From Acidisphaera sp. L21 (lineage in GTDB: Bacteria > Pseudomonadota > Alphaproteobacteria > Acetobacterales > Acetobacteraceae), in contig NZ_LMUY01000043.1 in NCBI RefSeq assembly GCF_009765685.1, forward strand, positions 1,120-65,119: DNA of 64,000 bases, given 5' to 3'. Positions within the stretch are counted from its first letter, which is position 1. Each line of letters starts with the position of its first letter. Below the pieces are notes generated by a model. That model was not told where the DNA came from. It was given only the letters and a program-made list of their open reading frames with translations, and made no database searches. This document shows, one piece after another, positions 1 to 10,193 of this stretch. Both the position numbers and the translations under genes were made by a program.

Positions 1-15
1 CACAGGCTGTGCCAC

Positions 16-1722
16 ATGGTGTCTCGCGCTTACCTCGTCCGTCGAGGGACTACCTACTCGTTCCGCTGTCGCGTGCCAGCAAACATCTTAGCCCGCGTTG
101 GCCGCACGGAGCTGGTTAGAACGCTGCGCACGGGCCGCCCGCTGGTTGCACAACTACTCGCCGTCACGATAGCTATGCGTCTGTATACCCTGTGGGAGAC
201 GCTTAAACTGACCGAGCTCGATAGCGCCGTTGCGGCCAAGATCGAGGCCTGGTTTAAAGCCGAGGTTGACCGGGCTTGGCGCCTCTATAGCACTGGCGAA
301 CACGCCGGCGCGTTGATCCCGGATGATAGCAGCAGAGAGGATCGCCACAGGCTGCAGCGGGCTTATCTGGCGGACGATGCCGAACATCGCATCGCGTCCC
401 TCGTCGAGCAGCATGCTGCCGGAGACTATATCGAAGGCCGTGTCATTGCCCGTGACATAATCTCAAGCCTTCCCGGAGCTTTCGATGAACATGATCAGCG
501 GTTCACGGCACTGTCGAAACGCATCTTGGAGGCCCTCGCAGAGATCGAGGAGGCACGACTTCGATGGGCGGCTGGCGATGATGGCTACGTGCCCTTGCTC
601 GATGTCGGACAGGCTGCGGCGCCTACCCCAGCGAAGGTTCGCGGCGCCGGGACCATTCTAAAGGAAATTGCGGAAGAGTATGTTGCTCACCGCCTTGCCG
701 AGCGCGGGACATCAGCCAAGGACGCCGGTCAATTGAGGGGCCAGATCACAACGCTATTAGAACAAGTTGGCAGTGCAACTACGGTCGAAGAGTTCACGCC
801 GCGCTTAGCTGGCGAGGTCTTTACAGCGTTCCGATCGCTTCCTCCGAACTTTCGGAAGCATACTAGCCTGCGCGGCTTGACGCTATTTGACGCCGCGAAG
901 CGCGCACGCCTCGACAAACTTCAGCCGATGACAGCTAAGTCGGTCAATAACTACATGACGACATATCGCGGCGTGTTTAAAGAGGCAATTGATCAAGGTC
1001 TCGTATTTAGCAACCCTTTTCAAGGTAAGCACGTTCTCGTTACTGAGAGCGTTCAGAGCGAACGCGGTTTTAAAGCCGATGAACTTAGCGCAATACTTAA
1101 GTCTCCAGTGTTCAACGGATGCGAAAGGACGGGTCGGCCATTCCAGCCCGGCTCATTTCTCCTAAACGATCGTCGGTTCTGGCTTCCACTTGTCGCAATG
1201 CTGACGGGAGCGCGCGTATCTGAACTCTGCCAGCTTCGCAGCAAGGATGTGAAGCAACTTGATGGCGTTTGGCTAATCAGCATCAACCTTGAGGCCGGGA
1301 AGACATTAAAAACGCCGCAGTCCGTGCGAGAGGTGCCAATACACGATCAACTCCTACGGCTTGGCTTCTTGGAATACACTCGCAATCACGCTGCTGACGC
1401 GCCGGGTTCCCTATTTGATATTCCGACACCAAACAATGGAGACTGGGGAGCGAAGATGGGCAAGTGGTTAAGAGAAAAGTTTCTACCTGGTGTGCTTTCC
1501 ACGTCAACACGCGACGGGCTGGGCTTTCACTCGTTTCGGCACAATTTCGAGACTGAGATGCGGGCTGCCAACCTCCGCACTGACGTTGGACACCGAATGC
1601 TTGGACACAAACCGCCTGATGTTGCTGGAAGATATGGACGATACGAGCCGGCTACGGCAGCCGCCAATTTGAAACTCATCCGGTTTCCCAGCGACATCGA
1701 GGCAATACCGGCTCGGCCATAG
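16..1722 (+). CDS. Tyrosine-type site-specific integrase (phage integrase family); marks the left end of a genomic island
   Basis: C-terminal catalytic region has box I Arg (GARVSELCQLR), box II HSFRHNFETEMR (H-x-x-R) and terminal GRYGRYE Tyr motif. 568 aa, at the extreme window start, so the cognate tRNA/att site would lie upstream and outside the window. Confidence 0.85.
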   Translation: MVSRAYLVRRGTTYSFRCRVPANILARVGRTELVRTLRTGRPLVAQLLAVTIAMRLYTLWETLKLTELDSAVAAKIEAWFKAEVDRAWRLYSTGEHAGALIPDDSSREDRHRLQRAYLADDAEHRIASLVEQHAAGDYIEGRVIARDIISSLPGAFDEHDQRFTALSKRILEALAEIEEARLRWAAGDDGYVPLLDVGQAAAPTPAKVRGAGTILKEIAEEYVAHRLAERGTSAKDAGQLRGQITTLLEQVGSATTVEEFTPRLAGEVFTAFRSLPPNFRKHTSLRGLTLFDAAKRARLDKLQPMTAKSVNNYMTTYRGVFKEAIDQGLVFSNPFQGKHVLVTESVQSERGFKADELSAILKSPVFNGCERTGRPFQPGSFLLNDRRFWLPLVAMLTGARVSELCQLRSKDVKQLDGVWLISINLEAGKTLKTPQSVREVPIHDQLLRLGFLEYTRNHAADAPGSLFDIPTPNNGDWGAKMGKWLREKFLPGVLSTSTRDGLGFHSFRHNFETEMRAANLRTDVGHRMLGHKPPDVAGRYGRYEPATAAANLKLIRFPSDIEAIPARP

Positions 1723-1750
1723 GCTTGACCTTGAGCTGTGTTCTCCCCTG

Positions 1751-2368
1751 CTATTCCTTTAAGGAAGCGGTCGTGCTGCGCATGGAGAGGATGCCCTCCA
1801 GCGCCTCGGGGAGCAGTCCAGCGTTGGGAAAGCGGTTCGCAGCCGCAGCGTGGAGGCGGTCCGCGATGGCCGCCACGTCCTCCGCCGCGCGCGTGGCCTT
1901 AGCCAGGCTGACAGCTTCTTCGAAGTAGCTCTTCGGGAATAGGGGAGGCTCCTTCCCATCCATATACTCCGTGGTGGTTCGTGTGACCTTGGTTCGCGGA
2001 TGCGCAATGCCATCCCGCAATCGCTTCAGCTCTCTGATGGTCGACCAGGGACGCCGACCGCGTTGCAGGTGCGGAAGACCACATATCTGATCCAGTGCCT
2101 CCAACTTGCCCATGAGGCCAGTTCTCGCGAAAAGCTCCCGTTCGTCCTTCCATATCTCCGGCGCCACTTTCTCGCCCAAGAAGTTCGCGTAACCTTCGAG
2201 TGCATGGGAGCAGAATACCATCGAAACTAGATGATCTAACAAAGCTCCTTTTGGATGCTTCTCGGCATGCTCGAGCTGTCGCTTCACAACTAGCCACACA
2301 GCTTTGTGGATGAACTCTTCACCGCTAGCCTGCTCGACGAAACGACGCGTAGCGGGAGATCTGACCAT
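1751..2368 (-). CDS. Hypothetical protein between integrase and resolvase; possible HEPN-like Rx4H motif (KRLRDGIAHP)
   Basis: Listed ORF 1751-2560 trimmed to internal Met (MVRSPATRRF..., ATG at 2368) to avoid the 160-nt overlap with the resolvase gene. No recognisable family. R-x4-H near the C-terminal third is the only motif. Confidence 0.4.
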   Translation of the reverse strand: MVRSPATRRFVEQASGEEFIHKAVWLVVKRQLEHAEKHPKGALLDHLVSMVFCSHALEGYANFLGEKVAPEIWKDERELFARTGLMGKLEALDQICGLPHLQRGRRPWSTIRELKRLRDGIAHPRTKVTRTTTEYMDGKEPPLFPKSYFEEAVSLAKATRAAEDVAAIADRLHAAAANRFPNAGLLPEALEGILSMRSTTASLKE

Positions 2369-2399
2369 GCCTGCGTCGTTCCAAACAGCTGTAAGGTGA

Positions 2400-3068
2400 C
2401 TAAACACGTTGTAGAATGTTGCGCACAGCCGTTGCCGTCCATGCCCCAGCGCGAGGCGTGCGAATGCCCTTCTCCGTGAGTTCCGAAGCGATGGATCGCA
2501 GGCTTTGACCTGCAGAGCGCATCTCAGCGGCAATCGGTCCAACTTGCGCTGCAAAGGCATCTGCCCGCGCCATCACCGCTTGCGTGCCAAGATGGCCCTC
2601 GACCTTGGGACCACCTTTCCAGCCCCCCAGGACCACGCCACGTGCCCTTGCAGCTGCCAAGGCTGCCTTGGTGCGTGCCGAGATCGCCCGACGCTCCTCC
2701 TGCGCCACGACCGCCAGAATGCCGACGGTCAGATCGTTGGCACTCGGCATGTCGGCGGCAATGAACGGCACCGACCCCTTTTGGAGACCCAGCAGGAAGT
2801 GGGCATCGCGTGACAGACGATCTAGCTTGGCAATGACCAGGGTTGCCCCTGTAAGCCGGCATTGCTGAAGGGCTCGGGCGAGCTGGGGACGATCGTTGTT
2901 CTTGCCGCTCTCTACCTCTGTGAACTCGGCAGTGAGGCTCCACGAACCCCCGTTGAGATAGCTGCGCACTGCTTCGCGCTGAGCTTCCAGCCCTAGTCCA
3001 CTGGCCCCCTGCTTGGCGGTGCTCACGCGATAGTATGCAACCCAGCGACCCTCAGCCATTTGTATCAA
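2400..3068 (-). CDS. Serine recombinase (resolvase/invertase family)
   Basis: N-terminal YYRVSTAKQ catalytic-serine motif, LDRLSRD motif, C-terminal HTH (RSIASELTEKGIRTPRAGAWTATAVRNIL). 222 aa. Confidence 0.85.
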   Translation of the reverse strand: MIQMAEGRWVAYYRVSTAKQGASGLGLEAQREAVRSYLNGGSWSLTAEFTEVESGKNNDRPQLARALQQCRLTGATLVIAKLDRLSRDAHFLLGLQKGSVPFIAADMPSANDLTVGILAVVAQEERRAISARTKAALAAARARGVVLGGWKGGPKVEGHLGTQAVMARADAFAAQVGPIAAEMRSAGQSLRSIASELTEKGIRTPRAGAWTATAVRNILQRV

Positions 3069-3617
3069 ACCTGACGACGTTCGTTGTCAGATCTTATACG
3101 TGTCGTTCTCTGTGGATCAGCATGCCGGCCCGACAGCTCCACCATGCACCAGGTGCACGATCAGGCAGGTGGCAGAGGGCGTCGGGCAGCTACCGAAGTC
3201 CTAGGTTCGAGCTGAACTCTTGACCCGGGTGAACCGCAGGCTGGGCCATGCCATGCTTCAAGACCCTTGGAGAAGAACACTACCACGCCTTGTTGGACGC
3301 GGCCCCAAACCAGCGGGCTACACGACGAGGGTTGGGTTCCATCCCTCAAGCCAGCAGCAGCCCTGAGCGAAGCAGCGTTGTTACAGCCGGGCGGCCGCTG
3401 TCGAGTTCAGGCATTGTCTATTCATGTCCTGCCCTCATACCGCTCTCCCCCGGATTGGGAGATGCAAGCGGCTGATGCGCGGAATTGTCAGGCAAGTGGG
3501 AATTTTATCGCGAACCAAAATGGTGGCCATTTCAAGTATGTAGATGCGGCGAATTGTTACACAGGCGTAGTCAAAAAACGTCAACAAATCTTTATGGATT
3601 GTTAAAGAGCCAGTCTC

Positions 3618-6600
3618 ATGCCAAGTCGCCGCGTCCACGGTGACAAAGGTCGCCGTCTCGGGGAAAATGCCATGCCAACCAATGTGACTGCGCCTCCCAC
3701 CGGGTCGACTATGGAAGATGAGGTTACTTACGTTAGCGGCATCACGAACACGGGCACTGTTGCAGCGATTAGTGGCCTAACCTGGAACGGCGACGGCTCA
3801 GACTCGAGCACTCCAGACGCCGTGGCGACCTACAATCAAACCATGTCCACAGCATCTAAATGGGGTCCGAGTGAGACACCAGGCACAAGCGGCGGCACGC
3901 AGCTGTATTATTTCGATCCTGCGTCCGACTGGACACCAGCCGAGCAGTCGATCCTGGCAGGAGGACTTGCGCTCTGGTCAGCAGAGTCGAACATTCAGTT
4001 CGCCGTGACGACAAATCGCTCTGCGGCCACGCTTGACTTCATCCGCGGTAATACCGGGTCGGAGTTTGAAACCGGCGGCACTGCCCCGGGAGAGCTGATC
4101 GGCGCTACGACGTTGGGCGGCAGTCAGGGAGCAAACGTCAGCATTAACGTGACGACAAACTCGCCAGCGAGCGGCTTCGGACCAATAAGCTTTTCCTCCG
4201 ATACATACCCTATTGACGCTCTAATCCACGAAGAAGGCCATTTTCTCGGCTTCTATCATGGCGGCCCATATAATGGTGACGTCAATTCCGCGACACAACA
4301 ATACAGCCCATACGACAACCGGTTGTATAGCATTATGTCATACATCGATCCGGAAGATACGACAGCCAAGTATTACGGCAGCTATACGGTCACGGGCACT
4401 TCCTGGAACAACAATGACCCAACAACGCCTCAGATGCTCGACATCTTGGCGGCCCAACGCCTTTACGGCGCACCGACAACAACTCCACTTTCAGGGGGCC
4501 AGGTTTTCGGCTTCAATACTAATATCACGGGCCTGATTCAGCAATTCTTCGATTTCACGATCAACACTGCTCCAGTGATTACTCTGTTCGATACGGGCAC
4601 GAACAATACGCTCGACCTCTCTGGTTATGCCACCGCCGAGAAGGTGAACCTAAATGCGGGCACGTTCAGCAGCTTTGACGGCATGGTTAACAACCTGGGT
4701 ATCGCTTTCGCCACGGCGATCGACAACTTTGTCGGCGGCACGGGTGGCACCGAAGTCACCACAAATACCGATGCCGACACAATCACCGACACTGGCTTCG
4801 GCAACATCGTCGACTTCTCCGGGACCTTGGCAAGTTACCTGCTGGTGCTCGGTGGCGCGGCAAAGGTTCTTGTCACCAGTATCGCGTCGGGCATCACCGA
4901 TATCCTGAACGGTGTGCAGACGCTGGCGTTCAGCGACCAGTCGGTCCAGACCAGTGTCCTCACCGTGGCACCAACCGTCACCCTCGCCACCGCCCCGACC
5001 GCGACCAATGTGGTGAAAGCCACCCTGGGCACGGTGAGCGCCGCAAATGCGGCCACCGCTTCCGACCCGATCACCGTAACGCTGACGTCGGATGCCGACT
5101 TCAGCACGGGCAGCTCGATCGTGATTACCGGCGGCAAGCTGATCTACACGCCGGGCGTGGTCACGGCTGCCAAGGCCGGGTCGGACGTGATCAAATACGT
5201 CGTTACGGACACCACAACTGGAGCCTCCGTAAACGAGACGCAGACCGTCACCTTAGGCAACGGGCCAGCGCCCACTGTGATCCTCGCCACGTCACCGTCT
5301 GCAAGCAGCACCGCGACAGCCACTCTCGGCACGGCCATTCCAGGCGTTACGGGCGATGCCTTGGTGGTGACGCTGACCTCGGATGCGGACTTTGCTACGG
5401 GAAGCAAAGTGACGCTCTCCAATGGCAATCTGGTTTACACCCCAGGCACGATTACAGCGGCCAATGCCGGCTCGGACGCACTGAAGTATTCCGTGACCGA
5501 TAGCGTCACGGGCGCCGTCACCATGGAGACACAGAACGTCACGCTGGTGGCTGCTACAACGGGTCCAAATCCCCCGGTGACGATCGGCAGTGGGCCGCAG
5601 AGCTTCGTTCTGAACATGTCCGAAGATGCTTACATGGGGAACGCTCAGTTCACGGTCGCCGTGAATGGCACCCAGGTCGGCGGAACCCAAACTACGACGG
5701 CCTTGCACTCCATGGGTCAAGATCAGGCCTTCACGGTGGCCGGTAGCTTCGGCACGCAGCCCTACACCGTCACCGTCGATTTCCTGAATGACGCCTACGG
5801 TGGAACGGCTACCACTGACCGTAACCTTTATGTCGACACGACAACGGTCGGTGGTGTCACTCAAAACACGAATGCGGCGCTGCTGAGTTCTGGCTCGGTG
5901 TCCTTCTCGGTCGGGTCGGCCGGAACGTCTGCTCCCGTCACCATTGGCTCGGGGCCTGATACACTGGCGCTGCAGGTGTCTGGGGACGCCTACATGGGCG
6001 ATCCGCAGTTCACCGTCGCCGTGAACGGAAGCCAAATTGGCGGGGTCCAGACGGCAACAGCGTCCCATCTTGCTGGCGCGTCGCAGACCTTCAACGTCAT
6101 GGGCAACTTCGCAGGCCCAGGCTCGGCTACCATCACCTTCCTCAATGATGCCTACGGCGGAACGGCGGCAACTGACGTCAATCTCTACGAGACCGGCGCA
6201 ACCATCAACGGGAAGACGATCAGCGGTGCTCCCCTAACCGAGTTGAGCGATGGTTCCATGACCTTCCAGTTCCCAGGGTCGAACACGACGAACGCCGCCA
6301 CCAGCACCATCCTCGGGCTCTCCGAGGATGCCTACATGGGTGACGCGCAATACACGGTCTCGATCGACGGCAAGGCAGCTTCAATGCCGGCTTTCGTGAC
6401 GGCGCTTCACTCAGCGGGTGCTTCCCAGGCGCTCAGCCTGGGCACGCTGACGGCGGGCTCGCATGACATTGCGGTCTCGTTCCTCAACGACGCCTACGGC
6501 GGAACGGCGGCGACCGACAAGAACCTCTACGTCACCGGCATCGCCGTGAATGGCAGTGTTGTGCCGAACTCTACGGCTTCCCTCCTCGGTGACATGACCA

Positions 6601-6629
6601 CCCACTTCACAGTGAACGTGCCTCACTAG
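3618..6629 (+). CDS. Large metzincin zinc-metalloprotease (serralysin-like HExxHxxGxxH + SIMSY Met-turn) with Ig-like and triplicated C-terminal repeat domains
   Basis: ALIHEEGHFLGFYH = HExxHxxGxxH; SIMSY Met-turn ~25 aa downstream. Two ~95-aa Ig-like repeats (TVTLTSDADF[SA]TGS...) follow. Then three ~115-aa tandem repeats, each with [EG]DAYMG[ND][AP]Q[FY]TV...FLNDAYGGTA[AT]TD.NLY. More likely start is ATG 3672 (MPTNVT..., RBS GGGGAA 6 nt upstream). No N-terminal signal peptide and no GGxGxD RTX nonapeptides seen. Confidence 0.8.
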   Translation: MPSRRVHGDKGRRLGENAMPTNVTAPPTGSTMEDEVTYVSGITNTGTVAAISGLTWNGDGSDSSTPDAVATYNQTMSTASKWGPSETPGTSGGTQLYYFDPASDWTPAEQSILAGGLALWSAESNIQFAVTTNRSAATLDFIRGNTGSEFETGGTAPGELIGATTLGGSQGANVSINVTTNSPASGFGPISFSSDTYPIDALIHEEGHFLGFYHGGPYNGDVNSATQQYSPYDNRLYSIMSYIDPEDTTAKYYGSYTVTGTSWNNNDPTTPQMLDILAAQRLYGAPTTTPLSGGQVFGFNTNITGLIQQFFDFTINTAPVITLFDTGTNNTLDLSGYATAEKVNLNAGTFSSFDGMVNNLGIAFATAIDNFVGGTGGTEVTTNTDADTITDTGFGNIVDFSGTLASYLLVLGGAAKVLVTSIASGITDILNGVQTLAFSDQSVQTSVLTVAPTVTLATAPTATNVVKATLGTVSAANAATASDPITVTLTSDADFSTGSSIVITGGKLIYTPGVVTAAKAGSDVIKYVVTDTTTGASVNETQTVTLGNGPAPTVILATSPSASSTATATLGTAIPGVTGDALVVTLTSDADFATGSKVTLSNGNLVYTPGTITAANAGSDALKYSVTDSVTGAVTMETQNVTLVAATTGPNPPVTIGSGPQSFVLNMSEDAYMGNAQFTVAVNGTQVGGTQTTTALHSMGQDQAFTVAGSFGTQPYTVTVDFLNDAYGGTATTDRNLYVDTTTVGGVTQNTNAALLSSGSVSFSVGSAGTSAPVTIGSGPDTLALQVSGDAYMGDPQFTVAVNGSQIGGVQTATASHLAGASQTFNVMGNFAGPGSATITFLNDAYGGTAATDVNLYETGATINGKTISGAPLTELSDGSMTFQFPGSNTTNAATSTILGLSEDAYMGDAQYTVSIDGKAASMPAFVTALHSAGASQALSLGTLTAGSHDIAVSFLNDAYGGTAATDKNLYVTGIAVNGSVVPNSTASLLGDMTTHFTVNVPH

Positions 6630-6768
6630 ATTGGCCTTATCGGCGGTGGGACGAGGACGCTCCTCGATCCTACCGCCAAGATTTCGTAGACACGCTGAAG
6701 ATGCTTGTTCAGCACGGACATCAGTCGAGATGTCGGCGACTCTAACACCTCGCTTTGTCAGACAGAAC

Positions 6769-8283
6769 CTACGCGGCGGCTCTAACCGTTTCCACGAAGT
6801 GGTTGACCACCTCGTTCAGCTTGTCCGATCGGCCTGACAAGCGCGAGACAGCCTGCTGCGCGTTGGACGCCGCATGGTCAGTCTGCGACGTGCTGTGGGC
6901 CAACCGCTCCAAATTCGAGGCAATGGCGTCGCTGCTACTAGCAGCCTGCTGCACGCCGGAGGCTATCTCCCGCGTGGCATGGCCCTGTTCCTGGATCGAT
7001 GCGGCAACATGGTCCGTGACAACACCTAAATTAGCCAGCGACCGGGCGATGGAGCCGATTGCATCGACCGCCGGGCCTGTGCGGGCCTGAATGGTCGCGA
7101 CGTGGCCCTGCACATCGATCGTGGCCCGCGCCGTTTGCGCCGCCAATGCCTTCACCTCTCCAGCGACCACCGCAAACCCACGGCCCGCCTCCCCTGCACG
7201 TGCAGCCTCAATGGACGCGTTCAGAGCCAGTAGATTGGTCTTTCTCGCAATGCCGTGGATCATGCTCACGACTTCGCCAATCCTGCTGGCGGCGTCGGCT
7301 AGGTCAGCAACGGCGGTGCGGGTTTGCTCTGCGGCGACGCTAGTATCACGTGCTGCGGTTGCCGCTGAAGCCATTTCCGCCGACAAGCCAGATACGCTGT
7401 CCGTAAGCCGCCCAGCCGCCTTAGCAACTGAGATGACGCTGATGGCGGTTTGCTGCGAGGCGGCCGCGATGGCTGCCGTCTGCTCAGACGTGTCGCTAGC
7501 AATACCGGACAGGTTGGACGCGGATGCCTGCATTTCCACGGTGGTGACGAGCATCTCGCCGACTACCTTGGTCACCGTATCCTGAAAGCGGCTGGCCAGG
7601 TTAGTCGCAACTTCTTGTCGCGTCAGCATTGCCAGACGTTTGGCTTCCAATGCGGCAGACGCGGCGCGCTGTTCGGCAAGATGAATTTGCGTCGACAAGC
7701 TGGTCTGACTTTCCAGTAACTGCCCGACCTTGTGGGTGGCCCACATCAGCGTTACGGCCTCCAGAACGAGGATGACAGCATGCAGTAGCACACGCATGAT
7801 ATTGGGACCGCCGGGGTAAACAAGGGCTGAGAGGAACTCGTTCAACGTCAGATGGTGCAACGCCACTGTCACACATGCCAGCCCAACGACTCGCCAATCG
7901 CAATAGGCGCTCAGTAGCGCAAGTCCGGCGAAGAAATACATGTGAATGTCGATTTGCCAGGGTTGCGCTGCCGCTTCACCGAGCAGCACTGCAATCGAAC
8001 CCATCAACGCCACAGCGACCGTCAATCGCGTTGCTAATCCCGTCCCGAATACTGCCCAGGTAAGCGATGCCCAAACTGCCAGCCCCGCGCTCGACAAGCC
8101 AACCGATATCGGCTCGATCCCCTGGAACAGAGCGACCGCGATGCAAAGCGGCACCTGGGCCCATAACAGCGCCTGCAGGCCGCGATTGGCGAGACGGCGG
8201 ATGGTTTGAAGCTCAATGTCGCTAGCGTGAGAAGATAGCTTCGGGCTAAGCGACACCACACCACTCTCCCACAATGGCTTCAC
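6769..8283 (-). CDS. Methyl-accepting chemotaxis protein with multi-TM N-terminal sensor region
   Basis: Conserved MCP signalling hairpin [36 protein letters not shown]-terminal ~190 aa holds 5-6 hydrophobic helices. Confidence 0.85.
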   Translation of the reverse strand: MKPLWESGVVSLSPKLSSHASDIELQTIRRLANRGLQALLWAQVPLCIAVALFQGIEPISVGLSSAGLAVWASLTWAVFGTGLATRLTVAVALMGSIAVLLGEAAAQPWQIDIHMYFFAGLALLSAYCDWRVVGLACVTVALHHLTLNEFLSALVYPGGPNIMRVLLHAVILVLEAVTLMWATHKVGQLLESQTSLSTQIHLAEQRAASAALEAKRLAMLTRQEVATNLASRFQDTVTKVVGEMLVTTVEMQASASNLSGIASDTSEQTAAIAAASQQTAISVISVAKAAGRLTDSVSGLSAEMASAATAARDTSVAAEQTRTAVADLADAASRIGEVVSMIHGIARKTNLLALNASIEAARAGEAGRGFAVVAGEVKALAAQTARATIDVQGHVATIQARTGPAVDAIGSIARSLANLGVVTDHVAASIQEQGHATREIASGVQQAASSSDAIASNLERLAHSTSQTDHAASNAQQAVSRLSGRSDKLNEVVNHFVETVRAAA

Positions 8284-9239
8284 TCGTGTTCACATCAGGC
8301 AACTTTGCCAATTTTTGAAACACCTGAACTGTCGAAATCGGGCGAGTGGCATCCATCACCTGTCGCCCAGGGGGCAAGCACTCAGCATCAGAAGCTGCTG
8401 GGTAGAGAGGCGAGAAGGCGGTTTTTCGATGGGTCAAGAGCATCAGGCATCTAATTTAAGGTCGTCTAAGTTCTGTCAGAAAGCCGTTAACAATGTGTCA
8501 TTGCATTGCTGCCTTGTGGGGGCGTCGAGCAACTATTCAGTCATAAGGTCCGTCACCGCCATGGATATCGCACTTCACAAATCCTGATTGCTTTGCATAT
8601 TTGCGATAGCGACCCCCCTTCTGGGGCACGCGGCTAATCCAGTCTCCCGAGTGCGAGCGCTCTTTTCAGACGATCCACAGTCCATGGACGCGGTTGGACG
8701 CGGTTGGTTTCGAAGTTCAGCAGCGTCGAGACTGCCATGCCGCAACTCGCTGCTAGCTGCTCTCTTGACCAGCCCAACTTTATTCGGGCTGTTTTGCATT
8801 CCTCGCCAGTCACAGTGACATCTCCAAGAGTGCCTTCCTAGCCTTCGGCACGGGAAATCAAGAATGAACCAGGGTTGGTGGCACTAGTAGCGGAGATCAA
8901 GAGAATACCTGCTAGCTGGCGGGCTGGGAGCGGTAGGACGCCTTGGGGATCAAGCCGGCAACGGTCTGCTCCTCGACCCTAATCGCAGCGTTTGTGCGTT
9001 AGATGTTGTTGTATTTCAATAGCTTAAAAAAATAATGCGAAAATACGCACATTCTTGAGAAGAATTTGCGCACATGCGCCAAGATTAATGACGAAAAACG
9101 CCGCAGGAACGGTATTCGTGCCGTTTACAGCCTCATTGCACAGCAACGCGAAACATGCGCGTAAAACGCGCAGCAAAAGCAAGGTTGCGCAAGGCAATTT
9201 TGCCCGACAGCATCAACGTAGACTGTTAGAATTGGCTCT

Positions 9240-9599
9240 ATGCCTAGTATTCCACATATCACATGCGCCCTGATCCTCGCTCAACCTTGGGCAGGACTTG
9301 TTGTCTCTGGTGTCAAACGGTGGGAGCTGCGTTCAACCGCCTGCCACAAGAGAGAACGGGTAGGCATCATCGCTAAAGGATCAGGCACTGTTATCGGCAG
9401 CGTGGTGATCACCGGTAGCTTCGGCCCTATGACGACGGACCAACTGGATACCACCGAGGACATGCACCGAGTGAGCTGTGAGCTACGACAGCTCAAGCCA
9501 CGGTGGCGACACGCCTGGCACTTCGCAGACCCTGTGCGCTTCGACGTGCCTCAGCCCTACCGGCATCCTAACGGGGCACAGAGCTGGATAAAGCTGTGA
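9240..9599 (+). CDS. ASCH (ASC-1 homology, PUA-like) domain protein
   Basis: CALILAQPWAGLVVSGVKRWELRS...RVGIIAKGSG matches the ASCH consensus (A-S-I-QPWA-LI-SG-K-E-R-W). 119 aa. Sits in the low-GC part of the island, preceded by an AT-rich regulatory region. Confidence 0.55.
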   Translation: MPSIPHITCALILAQPWAGLVVSGVKRWELRSTACHKRERVGIIAKGSGTVIGSVVITGSFGPMTTDQLDTTEDMHRVSCELRQLKPRWRHAWHFADPVRFDVPQPYRHPNGAQSWIKL

Positions 9600-10193
9600 C
9601 CCTCCTTTCATCAGAGAGGGCCCTGTGCAAGCGCATCAACTCTACATACAGATGATCGACACATTCGTCGGAAACGGGTTCAGCGCGATGTGTCAGCACG
9701 GGCGAATTTGACTTGATGATCTGTGTGCCGCTCGATCAGACTCAAACTGAAGTCGGTGCTTAGAGGAAATAAAAGATGCGGTTGTAATAGGGTGATAGGC
9801 TTTCTGACATGGAGCTGTATAGAGATAACCTGCATGGCTATGTAACGACGGTGGTTGAAGACATAGATTATTTATAAGTTATTCGGTGATATCTCCTCAA
9901 TTGACGAAAGTCTTTAGAACAGTGGTCATGAACGTAAGCTAGCGCGTCCTACTGTATTGCAACGTTTGTGTTAGGGCTTTGAGAAAACCGTGCTGGTTGT
10001 AACACTGCGAGATGTGTTCCAAGTAGCCGTTGATAACTTGCCGTCTAGAAGGATCTTTGGGGGCTTGACGTGACGCGGCCGGAGGGACTGGTAAATCCGC
10101 CAACTAGCGGTTGTAGCGCCACTCGGATTTAACGTTTCCTTTATCGAAGAAGCGCCTATAGGATCTCAGACGTCATGCCAGGGAAGGTTTAGC

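Noticed and set aside
3140-3230. Possible tRNA or attachment-site remnant near aggttcgagctgaactc, between resolvase and metalloprotease genes.
   Set aside because: No cloverleaf could be built. The T-loop consensus GGTTCGAATCC and an acceptor stem are absent.
5292-6068. 258-aa minus-strand ORF inside the metalloprotease gene.
   Set aside because: Antisense to a gene with strong motifs. Arg/His-rich translation typical of a shadow ORF.
3618-6629. Looked for RTX GGxGxDxUx nonapeptide repeats and a C-terminal T1SS signal to support a serralysin-type secretion call.
   Set aside because: None present. The closest stretch, GGTGGTEVTTNTDADTITD, does not fit the nonapeptide. Secretion route therefore left open.
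8575-8820. Possible sRNA in the MCP upstream/intergenic region (conserved-looking ggttggacgcggttggtttcgaag).
   Set aside because: No convincing stem-loop/terminator architecture could be drawn by eye. Internal direct repeat ggacgcggttgg is only 12 bp.
9055-9273. 72-aa ORF inside the AT-rich TGCGCA-motif region.
   Set aside because: Basic low-complexity translation, no RBS, and it overlaps the start of the ASCH gene. More likely regulatory DNA.
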